A DNA stretch of 64,000 bases from positions 124,001 through 188,000 of the forward strand of contig CAXHJY010000397.1 in NCBI GenBank assembly GCA_964016885.1, in the 5' to 3' direction. The notes beneath the pieces were generated by a model. It worked only from the letters and a program-made list of their open reading frames with translations, did not search any database and was not told where the DNA came from. Both the position numbers and the translations under genes were made by a program. This stretch comes from Eledone cirrhosa (Eukaryota). Positions 39,401 through 50,349 of this stretch are shown here, in pieces (positions within the stretch are counted from its first letter, which is position 1; each line of letters begins with the position of its first letter).

Positions 39401-40363
39401 TAGCTTAGGATAGCTTAGCTTAGCTTAGCTTAGGATAGCTTAGCTTAGGATAGCTTAGCTTAGGATAGCTTAGCTTAGGTTAGCTTAGCTTAGCTTAGGA
39501 TAGCTTAGGATAGCTTAGCTTAGGATAGCTTAGCTTAGCTTAGCTTAGCATAGCTTAGCTTAGCTTAGCTTAGGATAGCTTAGCTTAGCTTAGCTTAGGA
39601 TAGCTTAGCTTAGCTTAGCTTAGGATAGCTTAGCTTAGGATAGCTTAGGATAGCTTAGCTTAGCTTAGGATAGCTTAGCTTAGCTTAGCTTAGGATAGCT
39701 TAGCTTAGCTTAGGATAGCTTAGCTTAGCTTAGCTTAGGATAGCTTAGCTTAGCTTAGCTTAGGATAGCTTAGCTTAGCTTAGCTTAGGATAGCTTAGGA
39801 TAGCTTAGGATAGCTTAGCTTAGCTTAGCTTAGGATAGCTTAGCTTAGCTTAGCTTAGGATAGCTTAGCTTAGCTTAGCTTAGGATAGCTTAGCTTAGCT
39901 TAGGATAGCTTAGCTTAGCTTAGCTTAGGATAGCTTAGCTTAGCTTAGCTTAGGATAGCTTAGCTTAGCTTAGCTTAGGATAGATTAGCTTAGCTTAGGA
40001 TAGCTTAGCTTAGCTTAGCTTAGGAAAGCTTAGCTTAGCTTAGGATAGCTTAGCTTTGCTTAGCTTAGGATAGCTTAGGATAGCTTAGCTTAGGATAGCT
40101 TAGGATAGCTTAGCTTAGGATAGCTTAGGATAGCTTAGGTTAGGATAGCTTAGCTTAGGATAGCTTAGGATAGCTTAGCTTAGCTTAGCTTAGGATAGCT
40201 TAGCATAGCTTAGGATAGCTTAGCTTAGCTTAGGATAGCTTAGCTTAGCTTAGGATAGCTTAGCTTAGCTTAGCTTAGGATAGCTTAGCTTAGCTTAGCT
40301 TAGGATAGCTTAGCTTAGCTTAGCTTAGGATAGCTTAGGATAGCTTAGCCTAGCTTAGCTTAG
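26600..40363 (+). repeat. First copy of a segment of at least 13.7 kb repeated at 23.6-23.8 kb offset
   Basis: Paired markers: TAGTT 26666/50427, TGGGA 26846/50607, TATCT 28680/52437, TACCT 29799/53441, TAAGA 35842/59479, TAGCC 37767/61404 and 40346/63983. Confidence 0.92.
31850..37500 (+). repeat. About 3.01 kb local tandem duplication (second copy partial)
   Basis: Paired markers: TAGTT 32119/35128, TTGCT 32184/35193, TACCT 32848/35862, CAGCT 33513/36532 (offsets 3009-3019). Confidence 0.8.
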
Positions 40364-42740
40364 GATAGCTTAGCTTAGCTTAGCTTAGGATAGCTTAGCT
40401 TAGCTTAGGATAGCTTAGCTTAGCTTAGCTTAGGATAGCTTAGCTTAGGATAGCTTAGCTTAGCTTAGTTTAGGATAGCTTAGCTTAGGATAGCTTAGCT
40501 TAGCTTAGGATAGCTTAGCTTAGCTTAGCTTAGGATAGCTTAGCTTAGCTTAGCTTAGGATAGCTTAGCTTAGCTTAGCTTAGGATAGCTTAGCTTAGCT
40601 TGGCTTAGGATAGCTTAGCTTAGCTTAGCTTAGGATAGCTTAGCTTAGCTTAGCTTAGGATAGCTTAGCTTAGCTTAGGATAGCTTAGCTTAATTTAGGA
40701 TAGCTTAGCTTAGCTTGGCTTAGGATAGCTTAGCTTAGCTTAGCTTAGGATAGCTTAGGATAGCTTAGGATAGCTTAGCTTTGCTTAGCTTAGGATAGCT
40801 TAGCTTAGCTTAGCTTAGGATAGCTTAGCTTAGCTTAGCTTAGGATAGCTTAGCTTAGCTTAGGATAGCTTAGCTTAGCTTAGCTTAGGATAGCTTAGCT
40901 TAGCTTAGCTTAGGATAGCTTAGCTTAGCTTAGCTTAGGATAGCTTAGCTTAGCTTAGCTTAGGATAGATTAGCTTAGCTTAGGATAGCTTAGCTTAGCT
41001 TAGCTTAGGAAAGCTTAGCTTAGCTTAGGATAGCTTAGTTTAGCTTAGCTTAGGAGAGCTTAGCTTAGCTTAGGATAGCTTAGCTTAGCTTAGCTTAGGA
41101 TAGCTTAGCTTAGCTTAGCTTAGATAGCTTAGCTTAGCTTAGCTTAGGATAGCTTAGCTTAGCTTAGCTTAGCTTAGGATAGCTTAGCTTAGCTTAGCTT
41201 AGGAGAGCTTAGCTTAGCTTAGCTTAGGATAGCTTAGGATAGCTTAGCTTAGGATAGCTTAGGATAGCTTACCTTAGGAGAGCTTAGCTTAGGATAGCTT
41301 AGCTTAGGATAGCTTAGGATAGCTTAGCTTAGGATAGCTTAGCTTAGGATAGCTTAGCTTAGGATAGCTTAGGATAGCTTAGCTTAGCTTAGCTTAGGAT
41401 AGCTTAGCTTAGCTTAGCTTAGGATAGCTTAGCTTAGGTTAGCTTAGCTTAGCTTAGCTTAGCTTAGGATAGCTTAGCTTAGGATAGCTTAGGATAGCTT
41501 AGGATAGCTTAGCTTAGGATAGCTTAGCTTAGGATAGCTTAGGATAGCTTAGCTTAGGATAGCTTAGGATAGCTTAGCTTAGGATAGCTTAGCTTAGGAT
41601 AGCTTAGGATAGCTTAGCTTAGCTTAGCTTAGGATAGCTTAGCTTAGCTTAGCTTAGGATAGCTTAGCTTAGCTTAGGATAGCTTAGCTTAGCTTAGCTT
41701 AGGATAGCTTAGGATAGCTTAGCTTAGGATAGCTTAGGATAGCTTAGCTTAGGATAGCTTAGGATAGCTTAGGATAGCTTAGCTTAGCTTAGCTTAGGAT
41801 AGCTTAGCTTAGCTTAGCTTAGGATAGCTTAGCTTAGCTTAGCTTAGGATAGCTTAGCTTAGCTTAGGATAGCTTAGCTTAGCTTAGCTTAGGATAGCTT
41901 AGCTTAGCTTAGCTTAGGACAGCTTAGCTTAGCTTAGCTTAGGATAGCTTAGCTTAGCTTAGGATAGCTTAGCTTAGCTTAGCTTAGGATAGCTTAGCTT
42001 AGCTTAGCTTAGGATAGCTTAGCTTAGGATAGCTTAGCTTAGGATAGCTTAGCTTAGGTTAGCTTAGCTTAGCTTAGCTTAGGATAGCTTAGGATAGCTT
42101 AGCTTAGGATAGCTTAGCTTAGCTTAGCTTAGCATAGCTTAGCTTAGCTTAGCTTAGGATAGCTTAGCTTAGCTTAGCTTAGGATAGCTTAGCTTAGCTT
42201 AGCTTAGGATAGCTTAGCTTAGGATAGCTTAGGATAGCTTAGCTTAGCTTAGGATAGCTTAGCTTAGCTTAGCTTAGGATAGCTTAGCTTAGCTTAGGAT
42301 AGCTTAGCTTAGCTTAGCTTAGGATAGCTTAGCTTAGCTTAGCTTAGGATAGCTTAGCTTAGCTTAGCTTAGGATAGCTTAGGATAGCTTAGGATAGCTT
42401 AGCTTAGCTTAGCTTAGGATAGCTTAGCTTAGCTTAGCTTAGGATAGCTTAGCTTAGCTTAGCTTAGGATAGCTTAGCTTAGCTTAGGATAGCTTAGCTT
42501 AGCTTAGCTTAGGATAGCTTAGCTTAGCTTAGCTTAGGATAGCTTAGCTTAGCTTAGCTTAGGATAGATTAGCTTAGCTTAGGATAGCTTAGCTTAGCTT
42601 AGCTTAGGAAAGCTTAGCTTAGCTTAGGATAGCTTAGCTTTGCTTAGCTTAGGATAGCTTAGGATAGCTTAGCTTAGGATAGCTTAGGATAGCTTAGCTT
42701 AGGATAGCTTAGGATAGCTTAGGTTAGGATAGCTTAGCTT
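37570..42740 (+). repeat. About 2.58 kb tandem duplication (two copies)
   Basis: Paired markers: TAGCA 37622/40201, TAGCC 37767/40346, TAATT 38112/40691, TACCT 38691/41270, CAGCT 39341/41920 (offset 2579); TTGCT 40056/42640 (offset 2584). Confidence 0.9.
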
Positions 42741-44599
42741 AGGATAGCTTAGGATAGCTTAGCTTAGGATAGCTTAGGATAGCTTAGCTTAGGATAGCTT
42801 AGGATAGCTTAGCTTAGGATAGCTTAGCTTAGGATAGCTTAGGAAAGCTTAGCTTAGCTTAGCTTAGGATAGCTTAGCTTAGCTTAGCTTAGGATAGCTT
42901 AGCTTAGCTTAGCTTAGGATAGCTTAGGATAGCTTAGCTTAGGATAGCTTAGGATAGCTTAGCTTAGGATAGCTTAGCTTATGATAGCTTAGGATAGCTT
43001 AGCTTAGGATAGCTTAGGATAGCTTAGCTTAGGATAGCTTAGCTTAGGATAGCTTAGGATAGCTTAGCTTAGCTTAGCTTAGGATAGCTTAGCTTAGCTT
43101 AGCTTAGGATAGCTTAGCTTAGCTTAGCTTAGGATAGCTTAGCTTAGCTTAGGATAGCTTAGGATAGCTTAGCTTAGGATAGCTTAGGATAGCTTAGCTT
43201 AGGATAGCTTAGGATAGCTTAGCTTAGGATAGCTTAGGATAGCTTAGCTTAGGATAGCTTAGCTTAGGATAGCTTAGCTTAGCTTAGCTTAGGATAGCTT
43301 AGCTTAGGATAGCTTAGGATAGCTTAGCTTAGGATAGCTTAGCTTAGGATAGCTTAGGATAGCTTAGCTTAGCTTAGCTTAGGATAGCTTAGCTTAGCTT
43401 AGCTTAGGATAGCTTAGCTTAGCTTAGCTTAGGATAGCTTAGCTTAGCTTAGCTTAGGATAGCTTAGGATAGCTTAGCTTAGCTTAGCTTAGCTTAGGAT
43501 AGCTTAGCTTAGCTTAGCTTAGGATAGCTTAGCTTAGCTTAGCTTAGGATAGCTTAGCTTAGCTTAGCTTAGGATAGCTTAGCTTAGATTAGCTTAGGAT
43601 AGCTTAGCTTAGCTTAGCTTAGGATAGCTTAGGTTAGCTTAGGATAGCTTAGCTTAGGATAGCTTAGCTTAGGATAGCTTAGCTTAGGTTAGCTTAGCTT
43701 AGCTTAGGATAGCTTAGGATAGCTTAGCTTAGGATAGCTTAGCTTAGCTTAGGATAGCTTAGCTTAGCTTAGGATAGCTTAGCTTAGCTTAGCTTAGCTT
43801 AGGATAGCTTAGCTTAGGATAGCTTAGGATAGCTTAGCTTAGCTTAGGATAGCTTAGCTTAGCTTAGCTTAGGATAGCTTAGCTTAGCTTAGCTTAGGAT
43901 AGCTTAGGATAGCTTAGCTTAGCTTAGCTTAGGATAGCTTAGCTTAGCTTAGCTTAGGATAGCTTAGCTTAGCTTAGCTTAGGATAGCTTAGCTTAGCTT
44001 AGGATAGCTTAGCTTAGCTTAGGATAGCTTAGCTTAGCTTAGCTTAGGATAGCTTAGCTTAGCTTAGGATAGCTTAGCTTAGCTTAGGATAGCTTAGCTT
44101 AGCTTAGCTTAGGATAGCTTAGCTTAGCTTAGCTTAGGATAGCTTAGCTTAGCTTAGCTTAGGATAGCTTAGCTTAGCTTAGGATAGCTTAGCTTAGCTT
44201 AGGATAGCTTAGCTTAGCTTAGCTTAGCTTAGCTTAGGATAGCTTAGCTTAGCTTAGCTTAGGATAGCTTAGCTTAGCTTAGCTTAGGATAGCTTAGCTT
44301 AGCTTAGCTTAGGATAGCTTAGCTTAGCTTAGGATAGCTTAGCTTAGCTTAGCTTAGGATAGCTTAGCTTAGCTGAGCTTAGGATAGCTTAGGATAGCTT
44401 AGCTTAGGATAGCTTAGGATAGCTTACCTTAGGAGAGCTTAGCTTAGGAAAGCTTAGCTTAGGATAGCTTAGGATAGCTTAGCTTAGGATAGCTTAGCTT
44501 AGGATAGCTTAGCTTAGGATAGCTTAGGATAGCTTAGCTTAGCTTAGCTTAGGATAGCTTAGCTTAGCTTAGCTTAGGATAGCTTAGCTTAGCTTAGCT

Positions 44600-47500
44600 T
44601 AGGATAGCTTAGCTTAGCTTAGCTTAGGATAGCTTAGGATAGCTTAGCTTAGGATAGCTTAGGATAGCTTAGCTTAGGATAGCTTAGGATAGCTTAGCTT
44701 AGGATAGCTTAGCTTAGGATAGCTTAGGATAGCTTAGCTTAGCTTAGCTTAGGATAGCTTAGGATAGCTTAGCTTAGGATAGCTTAGGATAGCTTAGCTT
44801 AGGATAGATTAGGATAGCTTAGCTTAGGATAGTTTAGGATAGCTTAGCTTAGGATAGCTTAGCTTAGGATAGCTTAGCTTAGCTTAGGATAGCTTAGCTT
44901 AGCTTAGGATAGCTTAGCTTGGGATAGCTTAGGATAGCTTAGCTTAGGATAGCTTAGCTTAGGATAGCTTAGGATAGCTTAGCTTAGCTTAGCTTAGGAT
45001 AGCTTAGCTTAGCATAGCTTCGGATAGCTTAGCTTAGCTTAGGATAGCTTAGCTTAGCTTAGCTTAGGATAGCTTAGCTTAGCTTAGCTTAGGATAGCTT
45101 AGCTAAGCTTAGCTTAGGATAGCTTAGCTTAGCTTAGAATAGCTTAGCTTAGGATAGCTTAGCTTAGGATAGCTTAGCTTAGGATAGCTTAGGATAGCTT
45201 AGCTTAGGATAGCTTAGGATAGCTTAGCTTAGGATAGCTTAGCTTAGCTTAGCTTAGGATAGCTTAGCTTAGCTTAGGATAGCTTAGCTTAGCTTAGCTT
45301 AGGATAGCTTAGCTTAGGATAGCTTAGGAAAGCTTAGCTTAGCTTAGCTTAGGATAGCTTAGCTTAGCTTAGCTTAGGATAGCTTAGCTTAGCTTAGGAT
45401 AGCTTAGCTTAGCTTAGGATAGCTTAGCTTAGCTTAGCTTAGGATAGCTTAGCTTAGCTTAGCTTAGGATAGCTTAGCTTAGCTTAGCATAGGATAGCTT
45501 AGCTTAGCTTAGCTTAGGATAGCTTAGCTTAGCTTAGCTTAGGATAGCTTAGCTTAGGATAGCTTAGCTTAGCTTAGCTTAGGATAGCTTAGCTTAGCTT
45601 AGCTTAGGATAGCTTAGCTTAGCTTAGCTTAGGATAGCTTAGCTTAGCTTAGCTTAGGATAGCTTAGCTTAGATTAGCTTAGGATAGCTTCGCTTAGCTT
45701 AGCTTAGGATAGCTTAGCTTAGTTTAGGAAAGCTTAGCTTAGCTTAGCTTAGGATAGCTTAGCTTAGCTTAGGATAGCTTAGCTTAGCTTAGGATAGCTT
45801 AGCTTAGCTTAGCTTAGGATAGCTTAGCTTAGCTTAGCTTAGGATAGCTTAGCTTAGCATAGGATAGCTTAGCTTAGCTTAGCTTAGGATAGCTTAGCTT
45901 AGCTTAGCTTAGGATAGCTTAGCTTAGGATAGCTTAGCTTAGCTTAGCTTAGGATAGCTTAGGATAGCTTAGCTTAGGATAGCTTAGCTTAGGATAGCTT
46001 AGGAAAGCTTAGCTTAGCTTAGCTTAGGATAGCTTAGCTTAGCTTAGCTTAGGATAGCTTAGCTTAGCTTAGCTTAGGATAGCTTAGGATAGCTTAGCTT
46101 AGGATAGCTTAGGATAGCTTAGCTTAGGATAGCTTAGCTTAGGATAGCTTAGCTTAGGATAGCTTAGGATAGCTTAGCTTAGGATAGCTTAGGATAGCTT
46201 AGCTTAGCTTAGCTTAGGATAGCTTAGCTTAGCTTAGCTTAGGATAGCTTAGCTTAGCTTAGCTTAGGATAGCTTAGGATAGCTTAGCTTAGGATAGCTT
46301 AGGATAGCTTAGCTTAGGATAGCTTAGGATAGCTTAGCTTAGGAAGCTTAGGATAGCTTAGCTTAGGATAGCTTAGCTTAGAATAGCTTATCTTAGCTTA
46401 GCTTAGCTTAGGATAGCTTAGGATAGCTTAGCTTAGGATAGCTTAGCTTAGCTTAGCTTAGGATAGCTTAGCTTAGCTTAGGATAGCTTAGCTTAGCTTA
46501 GCTTAGAATAGCTTAGCTTAGCTTAGGATAGCTTAGCTTAGCTTAGCTTAGGATAGCTTAGCTTAGCTTAGGATAGCTTAGCTTAGCTTAGCTTAGGATA
46601 GCTTAGCTTAGCTTAGCTTAGCTTAGGATAGCTTAGGATAGCTTAGCTTAGGATAGCTTAGCTTAGGTTAGCTTAGCTTAGCTTAGGATAGCTTAGGATA
46701 GCTTAGCTTAGGATAGCTTAGCTTAGCTTAGCTTAGGATAGCTTAGCTTAGCTTAGCTTAGGAGAGCTTAGCTTAGCTTAGCTTAGGATAGCTTAGCTTA
46801 GGATAGCTTAGGATAGCTTAGCTTAGCTTAGGATAGCTTAGCTTAGCTTAGCTTAGGATAGCTTAGCTTAGCTTAGGATAGCTTAGCTTAGCTTAGCTTA
46901 GGATAGCTTAGCTTAGCTTAGCTTAGGATAGCTTAGCTTAGCTTAGCTTAGGATAGCTTAGCTTAGCTTAGGATAGCTTAGGATAGCTTAGGATAGCTTA
47001 GCTTAGCTTAGGATAGCTTAGCTTAGCTTAGCTTATGATAGCTTAGCTTAGCTTAGCTTAGGATAGCTTAGCTTAGCTTAGGATAGCTTAGCTTAGCTTA
47101 GCTTAGGATAGCTTAGCTTAGCTTAGCTTAGGATAGCTTAGCTTAGCTTAGCTTAGGATAGATTAGCTTAGCTTAGCTTAGGATAGCTTAGCTTAGCTTA
47201 GCTTAGGATAGCTTAGCTTAGCTTAGCTTAGGATAGCTTAGCTTAGCTTAGGATAGCTTAGCTTAGCTTAGCTTAGGATAGCTTAGCTTAGCTTAGGATA
47301 GCTTAGCTTAGCTTAGCTTAGCTTAGGAGAGCTTAGCTTAGCTTAGCTTAGGATAGCTTAGCTTAGCTTAGCTTAGGATAGCTTAGCTTAGCTTAGGATA
47401 GCTTAGCTTAGCTTAGCTTATCTTAACTTAGGATAGCTTAGCTTAGCTTAGCTTAGGATAGCTTAGCTTAGCTTAGCTTAGGATAGCTTAGGATAGCTTA

Positions 47501-50300
47501 GCTTAGGATAGCTTAGGATAGCTTACCTTAGGATAGCTTAGCTTAGGATAGCTTAGCTTAGGATAGCTTAGGATAGCTTAGCTTAGCTTAGCTTAGGATA
47601 ACTTAGCTTAGCTTAGCTTAGGATAGCTTAGCTTAGCTTAGCTTAGGATAGCTTAGCTTAGCTTAGGATAGCTTAGCTTAGCTTAGCTTAGGATAGCTTA
47701 GCTTAGCTTAGCTTAGGATAGCTTAGCTTAGGATAGCTTAGCTTAGGATAGCTTAGCTTAGGATAGCTTAGGATAGCTTAGCTTAGGATAGCTTAGGATA
47801 GCTTAGCTTCGGATAGCTTAGCTTAGCTAAGGATTGCTTAGCTTAGGATAGCTTAGGATAGCTTAGCTTAGCTTAGCTTAGGATAGCTTAGCTTAGCTTA
47901 GGATAGCTTATCTTAGCTTAGGATAGCTTAGCTTAGCTTAGGATAGCTTAGCTTAGCTTAGGATAGCTTAGCTTAGCTTAGCTTAGGATAGCTTAGCTTA
48001 GCTTAGCTTAGGATAGCTTAGCTTAGCTTAGCTTAGGATAGCTTAGCTTAGCTTAGCTTAGGATAGCTTAGCTTAGCTTAGCTTAGGAGAGCTTAGCTTA
48101 GCTTAGCTTAGGATAGCTTAGCTTAGCTTAGGATAGCTTAGCTTAGCTTAGCTTAGGATAGCTTAGCTTAGCTTAGTTTAGGATAGCTTAGCTTAGCTTA
48201 GCTTAGCTTAGGATAGCTTAGCTTAGCTTAGCTTAGCTTAGGATAGCTTATCTTAGCTTAGGATAGCTTAGCTTAGCTTAGCTTAGGATAGCTTAGCTTA
48301 GCTTAGGATAGCTTAGCTTAGCTTAGCTTAGGATAGCTTAGCTTAGCTTAGCTTAGGATAGCTTAGCTTAGCTTAGCTTAGCTTAGGATAGTTTAGCTTA
48401 GCTTAGCTTAGCTTAGGATAGCTTAGCTTAGCTTAGGATAGCTTAGGATAGCTTAGCTTAGGATAGCTTAGCATAGCTTAGCTTAGGATAGCTTAGCTTA
48501 GGATAGCTTAGCTTAGGATAGCTTAGGATAGCTTAGCTTAGCTTAGCTTAGGATAGCTTAGCTTAGCTTAGCTTAGGATAGCTTAGCTTAGCTTAGCTTA
48601 GGATAGCTTAGGATAGCTTAGCTTAGGATAGCTTAGGATAGCTTAGCTTAGGAAAGCTTAGGATAGCTTAGCTTAGGATAGCTTAGGATAGCTTAGCTTA
48701 GGATAGCTTAGGATAGCTTAGCTTAGCTTAGCTTAGGATAGCTTAGCTTAGCTTAGCCTAGGTAGCTTAGCTTAGCTTAGCTTAGGATAGCTTAGGATAG
48801 CTTAGCTTAGGATAGCTTAGGATAGCTTAGCTTATGATAGCTTAGCTTAGGATAGCTTAGGATAGCTTAGCTTAGGATAGCTTAGCTTAGGATAGCTTAG
48901 GATAGCTTAGCTTAGCTTAGCTTAGGATAGCTTAGCTTAGCTTAGGATAGCTTAGCTTAGCTTAGCTTAGCTTAGGATAGCTTAGCTTAGCTTAGCTTAG
49001 GATAGCTTAGCTTAGCTTAGCTTAGGATAGCTTAGGATAGCTTAGCTTAGGATAGCTTAGGATAGCTTAGCTTAGGATAGCTTAGGATAGCTTAGCTTAG
49101 GATAGCTTAGGATAGCTTAGCTTAGGATAGCTTAGGATAGCTTAGCTTAGCTTAGCTTAGGATAGCTTAGCTTAGCTTAGCTTAGGTAGCTTAGCTTAGC
49201 TTAGCTTAGGATAGCTTAGGATAGCTTAGCTTAGGATAGCTTAGCTTAGCTTAGGATAGCTTAGCTTAGCTTAGCTTAGGATAGCTTAGCTTAGCTTAGC
49301 TTAGGATAGCTTAGCTTAGCTTAGGATAGCTTAGCTTAGCTTAGCTTAGGATAGCTTAGCTTAGCTTAGGATAGCTTAGCTTAGCTTAGCTTAGCTTAGG
49401 AGAGCTTAGCTTAGCTTAGCTTAGGATAGCTTAGCTTAGCTTAGCTTAGGATAGCTTAGCTTAGCTTAGGATAGCTTAGCTTAGCTTAGCTTATCTTAGC
49501 TTAGGATAGCTTAGCTTAGCTTAGCTTAGGATAGCTTAGCTTAGCTTAGCTTAGGATAGCTTAGGATAGCTTAGCTTAGGATAGCTTAGGATAGCTTACC
49601 TTAGGATAGCTTAGCTTAGGATAGCTTAGCTTAGGATAGCTTAGGATAGCTTAGCTTAGCTTAGCTTAGGATAACTTAGCTTAGCTTAGCTTAGGATAGC
49701 TTAGCTTAGCTTAGCTTAGGATAGCTTAGCTTAGCTTAGGATAGCTTAGCTTAGCTTAGCTTAGGATAGCTTAGCTTAGCTTAGCTTAGGATAGCTTAGC
49801 TTAGGATAGCTTAGCTTAGGATAGCTTAGCTTAGGATAGCTTAGGATAGCTTAGCTTAGGATAGCTTAGGATAGCTTAGCTTCGGATAGCTTAGCTTAGC
49901 TAAGTATTGCTTAGCTTAGGATAGCTTAGGATAGCTTAGCTTAGCTTAGCTTAGGATAGCTTAGCTTAGCTTAGGATAGCTTATCTTAGCTTAGGATAGC
50001 TTAGCTTAGCTTAGGATAGCTTAGCTTAGCTTAGGATAGCTTAGCTTAGCTTAGCTTAGGATAGCTTAGCTTAGCTTAGCTTAGGATAGCTTAGCTTAGC
50101 TTAGCTTAGGATAGCTTAGGATAGCTTAGCTTAGCTTAGGATAGCTTAGCTTAGCTTAGCTTAGGATAGCTTAGCTTAGCTTAGCTTAGGATAGCTTAGG
50201 ATAGCTTAGCTTAGGATAGCTTAGGATAGCTTAGCTTAGGATAGCTTAGGATAGCTTAGCTTAGGATAGCTTAGGATAGCTTAGCTTAGGATAGCTTAGC
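44600..50300 (+). repeat. Diverged satellite block rich in private variants
   Basis: Variants mostly lacking collinear partners elsewhere: TCGGA 45020, TCGCT 45690, 4-bp AGCT 46345, TATGA 47034 and 48833, TAGCC-TAGG 48754. TACCT at 47524 and 49597 lacks the usual following GAGCT. Confidence 0.75.
47170..50120 (+). repeat. About 0.9 kb segment repeated at 2073 bp offset (about 47170-48050 and 49245-50120)
   Basis: Paired markers: GAGCT 47329/49402, TACCT 47524/49597, TAACT 47599/49672, TCGGA 47809/49882, TATCT 47909/49982. Confidence 0.85.
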
Positions 50301-50349
50301 TTAGGATAGCTTAGCTTAGCTTAGCTTAGGAGAGCTTAGCTTAGGATAG

